DNA of 64,000 nt from Candidatus Aenigmatarchaeota archaeon (GTDB lineage: Archaea; Aenigmatarchaeota; Aenigmatarchaeia; QMZP01; QMZT01). Position 1 is the first letter of the stretch. Every line of letters begins with the position of its first letter. Shown here one piece after another: positions 34,226 to 43,692 of this stretch. The position numbers and the translations under genes are program-made. A model generated the notes under the pieces. It was not told the DNA's origin, did not search any database, and was given only the letters and a program-made list of their open reading frames with translations. The stretch covers positions 13,592 to 77,591 of the forward strand of contig JBGPQP010000004.1 in the NCBI GenBank assembly GCA_041489155.1, written 5' to 3'.

Positions 34226-35571
34226 TTCTTCTCCCCGTGCTTCCTGCTCTTTATCTCGTCGAAGCCCGTGTATTTCTTCAGGGCCTTAGGGATTTTTACG
34301 CTCCCGTCCTTCTGCTGGAAGTTTTCCAGGATAGCCGTCATTGCCCTCTGTGTCGCTATCGCCGTCGAGTTAAGCGAGTGGACGGCTTCTGTCTCCCCGT
34401 TTTTCTTTGCAAACTTTATGCCCAGCTTCCTTGGCTGGTAATCCGTGCAGTTGGAGCAGGAAACCATCTCCCTGAACATGCCCTGCGCCGGCATCCATGC
34501 CTCGAGGTCGTATTTTATGGCGGCGTTGTCGTTCATTTCGCCTGAGCAGATTGACATTATCCTGTACGGGATCTCGAGCTTCTGGAAAAGCTTTTCAGCG
34601 TTGTCTATCAGCCTCTCGAACCATTGCTGCGAATCCTCCGGCTTGCAGAACACGAACTGCTCGACCTTGTCGAACTGGTGGACGCGAAATATCCCTTTCG
34701 TGTCCTTGCCGTGCGCTCCCGCCTCGCGGCGGAAGTTCGTGGAGAAACCAACATACGCCTTCGGCAGGTCCTTCTCACGGAAGGTCTCGCCCATATGGTA
34801 CGCGGCGAGCGTCTGCTCCGCGGTGGCGATGAGAAAAAGATCCTCACCGTCGACCTTGTAGAGCTGGGTTTCGAAATCCGCCAGCTCGGCAGCACCTGAT
34901 ATCGCCGCCTTCTGCAGCATGAACGGCGTCCACATCGGCGTGAAGCCTTGTTTTATCAGGAAATCGAAAGCGAAGCATATGAGCGCAAGGTTAAGCGTGA
35001 CCATCTCATTCTTGAGATAATAGAATCTCGCCCCGACGAGCCTCGACGCCCTTTCCATGTCCGCAAGGTCGAGGCTTTCGGCAAGCTCTACCTGGCTTCT
35101 GGGCTGGAAGTGGAGGTTCTCGAATTGCATCGTCCCCCTCGAATCGCGCCTGAAGTTTTCCATGTCCTTCAGCACAACGAGAGGCTTGCCCCACGCGCGA
35201 ATGAACTTGTTCTCGTGCTCGCCCCTCCCGACATTGACTGACGCATGAAGGATGTTGCCTATCTTGTACCTGTACAAATCCCTCTCGGCAAGGTGCTTTT
35301 CGGCCTTTTTGTCGCTCTCGGCGATTTCCTCGTTTATCTGCTTCATCTCGTGTATCTTCGCCTTGGCCTCCTTGTCTCCCTTCTTTAGCTCGGCTATTTC
35401 CCTAGAGATTACGTTTCTCTTGTGTTTCAGGGACTCGACGTGTTTTAAAACGTCTCTCCATTTGTTATCGTGCTCTATCACCTTTTCTATCGCTGCCGTA
35501 TCCTTGAACCTTTTCTTCTCGGATTCGCGGATAACGTCGGGCTTTTCCCTGAAAAGCTTTATGTCGAGCAT
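34222..35571 (-). CDS. serS: Seryl-tRNA synthetase
   Basis: N-terminal coiled-coil arm (MLDIKLFREKPD...), class II motifs 'FRREAG..GKDTKGIFRVHQFDKVE' and 'STAIATQRAMTAILEN'. Confidence 0.92.
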   Translation of the reverse strand: MLDIKLFREKPDVIRESEKKRFKDTAAIEKVIEHDNKWRDVLKHVESLKHKRNVISREIAELKKGDKEAKAKIHEMKQINEEIAESDKKAEKHLAERDLYRYKIGNILHASVNVGRGEHENKFIRAWGKPLVVLKDMENFRRDSRGTMQFENLHFQPRSQVELAESLDLADMERASRLVGARFYYLKNEMVTLNLALICFAFDFLIKQGFTPMWTPFMLQKAAISGAAELADFETQLYKVDGEDLFLIATAEQTLAAYHMGETFREKDLPKAYVGFSTNFRREAGAHGKDTKGIFRVHQFDKVEQFVFCKPEDSQQWFERLIDNAEKLFQKLEIPYRIMSICSGEMNDNAAIKYDLEAWMPAQGMFREMVSCSNCTDYQPRKLGIKFAKKNGETEAVHSLNSTAIATQRAMTAILENFQQKDGSVKIPKALKKYTGFDEIKSRKHGEKK

Positions 35572-35577
35572 GCACCA

Positions 35578-36114
35578 TCACTCCTCTTTGTCATAATTAA
35601 TCACCGTGAAGACATCATAACCTTTTAGTTTCTCCCTGCCATTCAGGAAGCCGAGCTCTATGAGCATGGTTATGCCCACTATTTTCCCGCCGAGCTTCTC
35701 TATGAGCTTGGTGGCTGCCTGCATGGTCCCGCCGGTCGCGAGAAGGTCGTCGACTATAAGGACATTCTCTCCGTTATCTACGGCGTCCTCGTGCATCTCG
35801 AACGCGTCTTTCGAATATTCCGTGGCGAATTCCTCGCGTATCTTCCTCCAGGGCAGCTTGCCCGGCTTGCGCAGCGGGATGAAGCCCGCGCCAAGTTCAT
35901 ACGCTATCGCCGAGCCGAAGATGAAGCCGCGGCTCTCAGCCGAAACGACCTTGTCTATCCTCTTGTCCCTGAAGTGCTTGAGCATCTCTTGGATCGCGTA
36001 ATGGAACGCCTCGTGGTCCTGAAGCAGGGTCGTTATGTCCTTAAACATCACGCCTTTCTTCGGAAAATCAGGCACGGTGCGTATCTTCGCCCTGAGGTCA
36101 ATCGCCTTCTTCAT
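35578..36114 (-). CDS. apt: Adenine phosphoribosyltransferase
   Basis: 'IRTVPDFPKKGVMFKDITTLL' and PRPP loop 'VLIVDDLLATGGT'. The start is set at MKKAIDL; the longer ORF to 36219 would overlap the upstream permease. Confidence 0.88.
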   Translation of the reverse strand: MKKAIDLRAKIRTVPDFPKKGVMFKDITTLLQDHEAFHYAIQEMLKHFRDKRIDKVVSAESRGFIFGSAIAYELGAGFIPLRKPGKLPWRKIREEFATEYSKDAFEMHEDAVDNGENVLIVDDLLATGGTMQAATKLIEKLGGKIVGITMLIELGFLNGREKLKGYDVFTVINYDKEE

Positions 36115-36181
36115 GATATCATATTGGCGCGTCTGCTTAAAAATTTCTGCTGCGTCCTGCGCTTGGCGGTTAAGGCGGGCT

Positions 36182-36976
36182 TCACACGCTCTCGCTCTTT
36201 TCGAAGAAATACGCTCCAAGGAAGATCATGACCGCGGAGAAACCCAGCAAAACAGCGAGATCGGTCATAATGCCGAACGCAGAGAAGCCGATCAGAGAAG
36301 CGCGCATGCCGTCGATGCCGTATGTCAGCGGGTCTATGAATGATATCACTTTTATGAAAGCGGGCAGGTTGTCAAGAGGGAACAGCGCACCTGACAGGAA
36401 GAACAGCGGGAAAATCACGAAGTTCATTATCAGGTTGAAGCCCTGCATGTCGCGCATCTTCGAGGCGAAGACCAGGCCCAGGCCTATGAATGTCGTCGCT
36501 ATCAGCAGCATGAACACGACTGCTGTAAGGAATGCAAGAATGCCGGGCACCCTGAAGCCTATTACCATGGATATCAGGAGAATCAAAACGCCCTGGATAA
36601 GAGCGGTGGTCGCGCCGCCCGCTATCCTGCCCAGCACGATGGAAACCCTGTTGACCGGCGCAATCATTATTTCCTTGAGGAAGCCGAACTCCCTGTCCCA
36701 TAAAACCGAGATGCCTGCGAACATCGAGGTGAAGAGCATGCCCATGCCGACTATGCCGGGCACGAGGAAGCTTATGTAGCTCACTCCCCCGCTAAGTCCG
36801 GGAATTGCCATGCCCGAGAAGCCCATGCCCATGAACGACAGGAACAGCAGCGGCATCGCGAGCATGCCTATTATCCTGGATTTAGCCCTTACAAATCTCT
36901 TCATTTCCCTGAGCCACAAAACATAAATCGCGTTAGGGTTTACCAACATAATATCAATCCCCGAATCACATGCCAC
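36182..36976 (-). CDS. ABC-2 type transporter permease
   Basis: Six hydrophobic helices and 'REFGFLKEIMIAPV', typical of the ABC-2 family. The GTG start overlaps the ATPase stop; an alternative ATG lies at 36949. Confidence 0.8.
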   Translation of the reverse strand: MACDSGIDIMLVNPNAIYVLWLREMKRFVRAKSRIIGMLAMPLLFLSFMGMGFSGMAIPGLSGGVSYISFLVPGIVGMGMLFTSMFAGISVLWDREFGFLKEIMIAPVNRVSIVLGRIAGGATTALIQGVLILLISMVIGFRVPGILAFLTAVVFMLLIATTFIGLGLVFASKMRDMQGFNLIMNFVIFPLFFLSGALFPLDNLPAFIKVISFIDPLTYGIDGMRASLIGFSAFGIMTDLAVLLGFSAVMIFLGAYFFEKSESV

Positions 36977-37970
36977 GCCCGGCTCTCCTTCTCATCATCT
37001 CCCTGCCGAACTCGCCCTGGGATGATTCGTGCTCCCTGATGGTCTTGCCCGTGAAGTGCAGGAATACGTCTTCGAGGCTCGGCCTGTGCAGGTCGACCGA
37101 GCGGATGTTTACGCCCATTTTCGGTGCGTTGCAGACAAGCTCCGGAATTCTTTTCTCACCATGGTCCATGGTGAGGCAAAGTTCGCCGTCATGCATTTTC
37201 GCGTTCTTTATCCACTTGAGCGCCTTCACATATTTCATGTATTTTTCCATGTTGCCCTCGATTTCCAAGCACACTACGTCGCCTCCAAGAACGTCTTTAA
37301 GTTTTTTCGGCGTGTCGAGTGCGACGATCTTGCCCCGGTCGATTATCGCTATCCTGTCACAAAGGTAATCCGCTTCCTCCATGTAATGTGTTGTGAGTAT
37401 GATGGTGACATGCGCTTCCTTGTTCAGCTTTTTTATGTATTCCCAGATGTGCCTTCTCGTCTGGGCATCGAGGCCGAGCGTCGGCTCGTCGAGGAAAAGG
37501 ACCTTCGGCCTGTGTATCAAGCCACGCGCGATTTCCAGGCGGCGCTTCATGCCGCCGGAATATTTCTCCACAAGCATGTTCGCCTTGTCCGTGAGTTCAA
37601 CAAGCGCCAAGACCTCATCTATCATCTTCCTTCGCTCGTCAGTCGCCATGCCGTACATCATGCCGTGGAACTCGAGGTTCTCCCTGCCGGTCAATTTGTT
37701 GTCAAGCGCCGGGTCCTGGAAGACAATGCCTATGCTATTCCTGACATCGTTGGTGCTTTTCGTGACGTCAAAGCCGGCGACCTCGGCATAGCCCGACGTC
37801 GTCCTAAGAAGCGTTGAGAGGATGTTTATAGTCGTGGTCTTTCCGGCTCCGTTAGGTCCCAGCAGGCCGAAAAGCTCGCCGTTCTCGACAGCGAAGGATA
37901 TGCCGTCGACTGCCGTGAAACCGTTGAACTTCTTTACCAGGTTATCTACTTTTATTGCCGGCATAGGCAT
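36966..37970 (-). CDS. ABC transporter ATP-binding protein (DrrA/ABC-2 type)
   Basis: Walker A 'GPNGAGKTT', signature 'YSGGMKRRL', Walker B 'VLFLDEPT'. Confidence 0.9.
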   Translation of the reverse strand: MPMPAIKVDNLVKKFNGFTAVDGISFAVENGELFGLLGPNGAGKTTTINILSTLLRTTSGYAEVAGFDVTKSTNDVRNSIGIVFQDPALDNKLTGRENLEFHGMMYGMATDERRKMIDEVLALVELTDKANMLVEKYSGGMKRRLEIARGLIHRPKVLFLDEPTLGLDAQTRRHIWEYIKKLNKEAHVTIILTTHYMEEADYLCDRIAIIDRGKIVALDTPKKLKDVLGGDVVCLEIEGNMEKYMKYVKALKWIKNAKMHDGELCLTMDHGEKRIPELVCNAPKMGVNIRSVDLHRPSLEDVFLHFTGKTIREHESSQGEFGREMMRRRAGRGM

Positions 37971-38041
37971 CACTTAGCATGTTAAAGAAAATTAAATGCC
38001 TTAACAGGTTTAAATAGGTTTTATACTTCTAAAGAAAGGCA

Positions 38042-38521
38042 TCATACGCTCCCGAAGAGCGAGTATATCAAATCCCCTGCAAAGTGAGCCGCTATTATCA
38101 CGAGAACAGCGACCATGAGATGCTCAGTGATGACGCCCCACCTTTTTTTGCTGCCGCCTGCAATCTTGAAGTTCAGGCCGGTCAAAAGGGAAATGCCCCA
38201 CAGTATGCTTACCCACATTGCAACATCCAGCTCAAACAGCAAAACAGGAACTACGAAAGTTGAAGCCACGAAGAGCTTGGACAGGAATGTGTAAAGAGTC
38301 GATTCCCATATCTCCCTTGACGAATGCGTGTTTTCCGACTCTTCGGAAATGTGGATGCCGAGCGCATCGGAAAAAGCGTCGGCTATCGCTATGGTAAGTA
38401 TGCCGCCGAGCACAGCGAGTTGCGAATGCGTCCCCGAATTCAGCCCGATCATAAGGCCAAGGGTGGTGATTATGCCGGAGGTCGTGCCGAAACTGAAGCC
38501 GACTTTTTTGGAGTGCTTCAT
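38042..38521 (-). CDS. VIT1/CCC1-like (DUF125) membrane protein
   Basis: 'GTTSGIITTLGLMIGL', 'IAIADAFSDALGIHISEESE' and three C-terminal TM helices. The ATG at 38521 is preferred over the TTG at 38527. Confidence 0.6.
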   Translation of the reverse strand: MKHSKKVGFSFGTTSGIITTLGLMIGLNSGTHSQLAVLGGILTIAIADAFSDALGIHISEESENTHSSREIWESTLYTFLSKLFVASTFVVPVLLFELDVAMWVSILWGISLLTGLNFKIAGGSKKRWGVITEHLMVAVLVIIAAHFAGDLIYSLFGSV

Positions 38522-38959
38522 GAACAAAAAGTTAGTCTGCCGTGCTTAAAAAGCTTTTTTCGGGAGGGAAAAAGAAAAAGATGGCGCAATTTCCCGGGAT
38601 TGCTGCGCCCACTAATTATGAATTTGTTTTTTCAACAGCTCAGACCTCTTCTTCCTCGCTCTCTTCCACTTCAGTGTCTTCATCATCTTCTTCCACTAGC
38701 TTCTTCTTGGCCTTTTTCTTGTCCATCGTCCCATCCTCCTTCTTTCTTAAAAGTCGCTCCAGTTATTGTCCTCTTTGCCCCCTGTTCTGTTCTACGGTGG
38801 TTCGCCCTTTGATGATTTCAATATACAGAACCAGAATATAAAGCTTTCCTTTCGCTGCCACAGGAAAGTTAATATAAAGCTTTTGCGCAAATATAGAATT
38901 TAACCCGTATCGTTTTTTGCGCGCCAGCATTTTTATGGAGCCTCTCCCAATAGAAAATC

Positions 38960-39775
38960 ATGAAAATATTTCTCGGCCCTGCCGGAATACCTGTCACGGC
39001 GAAGGGCTCGTCTACCATCGACGGCATTAAGAGGGTCGCTGAGCTCGGGCTCAATGCAATGGAAATCGAGTTCGTTCGCGGAGTGCATATGGGCATTCCA
39101 CTGGCGAAGCAGGCGGGAAAGGTAGCGAAGGATGAGGGCATTCTGCTCTCGATACACGCGCCCTATTACATCAACCTGTGCAACCCGGAAAAAGCCGACG
39201 CTTCGAAAAAACGCATACTCGACTCATGCGAGCGCGCGCACCATCTCGGCGCATGGGTCGTCGTCTTCCATCCGGGCTATTACGGCAACGCGAAAGAGAG
39301 GGCTTTCAATCTCGTCCTCGAAGCCTGCCATGAGATGAACGACAGGATAAAGGCGAGCGGATGGGACGTGAAACTCGGCCTCGAGACGACAGGGAAGGTG
39401 TCGCAATTCGGCACGCTCGACGAGAACATCGCGATTCATCACAAAATAAAAAATTGCATCCCCGCCGTCGACTTCTCGCACATCTTCGCCAGGAACGCCG
39501 GCAAAATCGACTTCGCCGAAGTGCTGGAAAAAATGGAGGCGCTCGGCCTCGCGTACCATCACTGCCATTTCTCAGGCATCGAGTACACGCCCAAAGGCGA
39601 GAGGCACCATCTTACCATCGACAGCAGGAAACCCGACTTCAGCCTCCTGGCCAAAAGCCTCGTGAAAAGCAGGCTGAAGGTGATAACCGTAATTTCGGAA
39701 AGCCCGGTGCTGGAGCAGGACTCTCTCAGGATGAGAAATATACTGGAAGGAGCGGGATATCCATGGAAAAGGTGA
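38960..39775 (+). CDS. Endonuclease IV-like TIM-barrel protein (AP endonuclease family 2 / xylose-isomerase-like)
   Basis: 'GPAGIPVTAKGSSTIDGIKRVAELGLNAMEIEFVRGV', 'SIHAPYYINL' and 'VVFHPGYY' match the archaeal Nfo-like family pattern. Confidence 0.75.
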   Translation: MKIFLGPAGIPVTAKGSSTIDGIKRVAELGLNAMEIEFVRGVHMGIPLAKQAGKVAKDEGILLSIHAPYYINLCNPEKADASKKRILDSCERAHHLGAWVVVFHPGYYGNAKERAFNLVLEACHEMNDRIKASGWDVKLGLETTGKVSQFGTLDENIAIHHKIKNCIPAVDFSHIFARNAGKIDFAEVLEKMEALGLAYHHCHFSGIEYTPKGERHHLTIDSRKPDFSLLAKSLVKSRLKVITVISESPVLEQDSLRMRNILEGAGYPWKR

Positions 39776-40197
39776 TTCGCATTTACACGGACGGAGCCTC
39801 GCGCGGCAACCCGGGACCGGGCGCGATAGCATACATAATAACGGACGAAAGCGGCAACGTGCTCAGGCAGAGCGCGAAATTCATAGGTGCCTGCACCAAC
39901 AACATCGCCGAGTACAGCGCCCTTATCTTGGCGCTGGAAGATGCGATGAAGCTTGGAAGCGAAGCCTTTTGCTTCTCTGACAGCGAGCTCGTGGTGAGCC
40001 AGCTGCAGGGGAAATACAAGGTAAAGAAAGGCCACATAAAGGAGCTTTTCGAAAGGGTGAAAACGATAGAAAAGAACTTCAGTAAAATCGAATACAACAG
40101 CGTCCGCAGAACAGATGCGATGATACGGAAGGCCGACGATATGGTGAACGCAGTTCTGGACAATGTTGAAAAACTGCAGGCAATAAAGAGAAAATAA
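39763..40197 (+). CDS. rnhA: Ribonuclease HI
   Basis: 'IRIYTDGASRGNPGPGAIAYII', 'TNNIAEYSALILALE' and 'DSELVVSQL' give the DEDD catalytic pattern. The start is at ATG 39763. The upstream 134 codons of the track ORF are an Arg-rich out-of-frame overlap of the previous gene. Confidence 0.85.
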   Translation: MEKVIRIYTDGASRGNPGPGAIAYIITDESGNVLRQSAKFIGACTNNIAEYSALILALEDAMKLGSEAFCFSDSELVVSQLQGKYKVKKGHIKELFERVKTIEKNFSKIEYNSVRRTDAMIRKADDMVNAVLDNVEKLQAIKRK

Positions 40198-40207
40198 TTT
40201 CTAAAAT

Positions 40208-40891
40208 TTACTTCTCCACCAGCATTGCGTCATCGATTATGTAGAAGCCTCTTGCGCCGTCCCATTCCTTGTGCGCCCGCAGGATGCGGATTTTCTTTTT
40301 CATAATCGGCGCATCCAGCACGAAGGATTCGTATTCGCCGCCCTCGCCACCGATGTGTATGCCGTGCTTCTTCTGCAGTTTTTCAAGGTCTTCGACGGTT
40401 TCGTGATTTATCTTTCTGCCAAGCCATTTTGGATCGAGGCCCTCGGCTGCGACGGCGGTTATTATGACAACGAAGCCGGAAACTATCATTTCCTCGAGGT
40501 AGTCTTTCATGCCGCGGTTCCAGTGCGGTGAAATCGACTTGAAGCCGAGCTCCCTGCACACGTTGTCTATCCTCGTCCTCTGATATCTGCTCGCAAGGGC
40601 GCCTGAAACCACGCCGTCTATCTCGTTTTTAAGCGATGCAAGAACATCCCTGAGATCTTCCATTTCCCTGCCCTCCTCGCCTGACGTCTCCTTGATTATC
40701 AGCGGGATGCCCATCGCCTCGGAATGCAGTTTCGTCCATTCTATGTTGGGATGATGGAACATATAAGAGTCCCTGTTCTTGGGATCGAGGGTCACCAAGA
40801 ATTTGACGTGCAAACCCATGTTCATGGCTTTGTATATGGCGAAGGTCGAATCCTTCGCGCCCGAAAAAAGCACTGCCACGTTTTTCGGCAT
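40208..40891 (-). CDS. PP-loop ATP pyrophosphatase, diphthine-ammonia ligase (Dph6/MJ0570)-like
   Basis: 'VLFSGAKDS' (an SGGKDS variant) and 'GGEGGEYESFVLDAP' are hallmarks of the MJ0570/Dph6 family. Confidence 0.75.
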   Translation of the reverse strand: MPKNVAVLFSGAKDSTFAIYKAMNMGLHVKFLVTLDPKNRDSYMFHHPNIEWTKLHSEAMGIPLIIKETSGEEGREMEDLRDVLASLKNEIDGVVSGALASRYQRTRIDNVCRELGFKSISPHWNRGMKDYLEEMIVSGFVVIITAVAAEGLDPKWLGRKINHETVEDLEKLQKKHGIHIGGEGGEYESFVLDAPIMKKKIRILRAHKEWDGARGFYIIDDAMLVEK

Positions 40892-40986
40892 AATTATCCC
40901 GGTCCCTCTTTAATCATTCTGGTAAAGATAGTATTAAACTTTTGGTTAAATAAAAACATTTTGCTTCTCAGGATGTTTTCATTGCA

Positions 40987-41748
40987 TCAGAAAAGATCCT
41001 TCAGCTCGCCGAGGAACGTTCCGTCAAGAAGGTAAATTTTCGATGTCTTCATTTTCGCGGACCTGAAAAGCGGGCTGAGGCCGTGATACCTGTCAATTTT
41101 TTCGACCGGCATGTTCATCGATATCCCTCCGGAGAGCCTGTTGAAAACAGGGACTACTATCAGCTCCGGGAGGTTCGCAGGCAGTTTCCTGTATTTCTTT
41201 TTCAGCTTCTCCCTGTCGAATTCCATGCGCATCCAGACAGGCTCGGTGTAACGATATCCAAGCGGGTCGCGGAATTCTATCTGCGGGTGCTCGTGGCCGA
41301 TGAAGACGTATTTTTTGCCGAGGAAGTCTGCCGGCGGCCAGGCATGGCCATGGGTGAAATAGCATTCCTTTGCGGAGAAGCCGATGCCTGGATGCAGGCG
41401 GATGTTTGCCGGGACGAATTCCTTCAGGCTCGCATCATGGTTTCCATGCACGACCTCTACGCTGATTTTGTTCCCCAGCGCATAAAGGAAATCAGGGATC
41501 TCGCGCAACTCCTGCCTCGTAACGCCGGGAACCTTGTGTTTCACGTCGCCGAGTATGACCAGCCTTTTTGCCTTCGTGCGGCCGATGAGGGCCTCGATTT
41601 CCCTACGCATGCCTTCCATGTGCGAAGGGATTTTTATGCCGGATTTGTAGAAGTCGAATTCGACCCCGAGATGCAGGTCGGCGATGACGAGCGTATCGCC
41701 TACCAAAACCGCAGGATGGCTGGTGACGAATTTAGGCTCCATGGTCAT
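40987..41748 (-). CDS. Calcineurin-like metallophosphoesterase
   Basis: 'IADLHLG', 'ILGDVKH', 'GNHD' and 'GHEH' motifs in canonical order. Confidence 0.8.
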   Translation of the reverse strand: MTMEPKFVTSHPAVLVGDTLVIADLHLGVEFDFYKSGIKIPSHMEGMRREIEALIGRTKAKRLVILGDVKHKVPGVTRQELREIPDFLYALGNKISVEVVHGNHDASLKEFVPANIRLHPGIGFSAKECYFTHGHAWPPADFLGKKYVFIGHEHPQIEFRDPLGYRYTEPVWMRMEFDREKLKKKYRKLPANLPELIVVPVFNRLSGGISMNMPVEKIDRYHGLSPLFRSAKMKTSKIYLLDGTFLGELKDLF

Positions 41749-41792
41749 CTATTCGCGGTTGGTTTTTAAAATATGACTACAAAAATAAAGCG

Positions 41793-42722
41793 ATGTCCAG
41801 AGAAAAGGAACTGAAGGAAGAGGTCGAAGCCGCGAGGAAAAAACTCCGCGAGGAAATAAAAGCGAAGGAAAGGGAGGCGGACGAGAGGCTCGACGCGCTG
41901 CTTTCGCCAAAGAAAATGGAATTCTGCCCGCGCTGCGGCAGGAAGATAAATTCACGTTCTGAATGGGGAGGCCGCTGTCTCCACGACGGCTGCGAGGCAA
42001 TGGTTTGCATCGAATGCTGGGCATCCGAGGAAAAGCGCTTCTGCGGCAAACACTCTGGCGATTTCGTCAGAAAGGAAGAGCCCACCGAAGATGAGGTGAA
42101 AAGCCTCACGCTGAATTACATGGAATTCATAGAGCAGCGCATGAAAAAACACGGCCTCGACTGGACGCCGGAAGGCTTCATCAGAAAAAGCAAAACCGGA
42201 ACCAGGAAGAAAAAATACAGGGATTTCGAGATGATGGTTTATGAAAAGCATCTTTTCTCGAAAAGGCCGAGACTCGGCATCATAGTCAAGCCTGTTTCCC
42301 CTTCGGCGGAAGCGGATGCGAATGACATCATAGAAAGCACGGGGGAAGGGATGCATGCAGTTATAGTTTTCGTTGGCAGCGCCAGTTCCGTGACAACCAA
42401 GCTGAGAAAATTCGCCGAGGAATTTTCCAACAAAAAGGTTTCGCTTTTCATGGCTGACATGGAAAACGGGGATGTGCATTTCAACCGGAAGGAAAAAATA
42501 ACAGAGAAATATTCTTACTGGTTCGACCCGACAAAAACGCCGCTGAAATTCGCTGACATCCTGAAAGCCTTTTCCGAAAGCGTTGCCGGCAGGAGAATAG
42601 TTTCCGTGAAGGACTTCGCCGGCGGCATGGGTCTCGGAAAAGACGAGGCTGCAAGCATTCTCAGGAAGAGCGGCCTGCTGGAAGAGGTGAAGGGCGCTGA
42701 TTCTTACATATTGAAGGAATGA
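41793..42722 (+). CDS. Zinc-ribbon protein with C-terminal winged-helix-like region, hypothetical
   Basis: N-terminal coiled coil, 'CPRCGRKI...CLHDGCEAMVCIECW...FCGKH', then ~200 aa of unknown fold. Confidence 0.55.
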   Translation: MSREKELKEEVEAARKKLREEIKAKEREADERLDALLSPKKMEFCPRCGRKINSRSEWGGRCLHDGCEAMVCIECWASEEKRFCGKHSGDFVRKEEPTEDEVKSLTLNYMEFIEQRMKKHGLDWTPEGFIRKSKTGTRKKKYRDFEMMVYEKHLFSKRPRLGIIVKPVSPSAEADANDIIESTGEGMHAVIVFVGSASSVTTKLRKFAEEFSNKKVSLFMADMENGDVHFNRKEKITEKYSYWFDPTKTPLKFADILKAFSESVAGRRIVSVKDFAGGMGLGKDEAASILRKSGLLEEVKGADSYILKE

Positions 42723-42781
42723 GGCCGGCGGAAGAAACTTATAAATTAGGAATTGCTCTAATATGGATATAACCCGGGTCA

Positions 42782-42901
<120 letters not shown>

Positions 42902-42923
42902 TTCATGCTCAGGAGGTCTTTAC

Positions 42924-43622
42924 ATGCAGCAGGGAGATTTCGTTGAAATCGAGTATGTAGGGAAGGTAAAGCTTACAGGGGAAATATTCGACCTCACTTC
43001 GGAGGATACCGCAAAAAAGGAGAAGATATACAATCCGAACGCCCCATACGGGCCTGCGCTTGTGGTGATGGGCTCGAACATGGTGATAAACGGCGTGATG
43101 CGCGAGCTGGAGAAAATGGAGGTCGGCGAAGAAAGGCAGTTCGAGGTTTCGCCGCAGGACGGCTTCGGAACGCGCGATCCTCGGTTGATAAAAATTATCC
43201 CCATGTCAAAATTCATAGAGAACAAAATCAACCCAGTCCCTGGCACTTATTTTGACATCGACGGCATCCAGGCAAAGGTGCAGAGCATCTCAGGCGGCAG
43301 GGTGCGCGTGGATTTCAACAACCCGCTCGCCGGCAAGGCCCTGAATTACAGCGTTAAAATAACAAGAAAAATCGACGGCGCCAAGGAAAGGATAGAAGCC
43401 CTTCTGAAATATTATAGGGTGGATTTCTCTCACGTAGTGGTCGGCGAAAGGGAAGTTGATATCAAGGCGAAGAACGCCATCAACCCTCTTGCAAAAAAAA
43501 TCGTCAGCGACATGGTCACGAAGTGGGTAAAGGGTATGGAGAAGGTCGAATTCAAAGAGGAAATTGGAAATAAAAAAGCAGACAGCGACGAAGCGGAAAA
43601 TTCTGGAAATAAAAAAGTTTAA
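42924..43622 (+). CDS. FKBP-type peptidyl-prolyl cis-trans isomerase (archaeal long form with IF/chaperone insert)
   Basis: 'GDFVEIEYVGKV..GEIFD', 'GFGTRDP' and 'HPLAGK-like NPLAGKALNYSVKI' follow the SlyD/FKBP pattern. Confidence 0.85.
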   Translation: MQQGDFVEIEYVGKVKLTGEIFDLTSEDTAKKEKIYNPNAPYGPALVVMGSNMVINGVMRELEKMEVGEERQFEVSPQDGFGTRDPRLIKIIPMSKFIENKINPVPGTYFDIDGIQAKVQSISGGRVRVDFNNPLAGKALNYSVKITRKIDGAKERIEALLKYYRVDFSHVVVGEREVDIKAKNAINPLAKKIVSDMVTKWVKGMEKVEFKEEIGNKKADSDEAENSGNKKV

Positions 43623-43692
43623 ATAACTTATATACATAACTTCTTTATAATTGCAGCAAGTTATGTTTCGCAATTTGTAAAGGAGGGATATT

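Noticed and set aside
35578-36219. Long form (213 aa) of the apt ORF
   Set aside because: The extra 35 N-terminal residues overlap the 3' end of the upstream ABC-2 permease gene and have no APRT homology. The conserved APRT sequence starts at the internal Met (36114).
39361-39762. N-terminal 134 codons of the 278-aa ORF that ends as RNase HI
   Set aside because: This Arg-rich sequence overlaps the endonuclease IV-like gene out of frame. RNase HI homology begins exactly at the internal ATG 39763 (MEKVIRIYTDGAS...).
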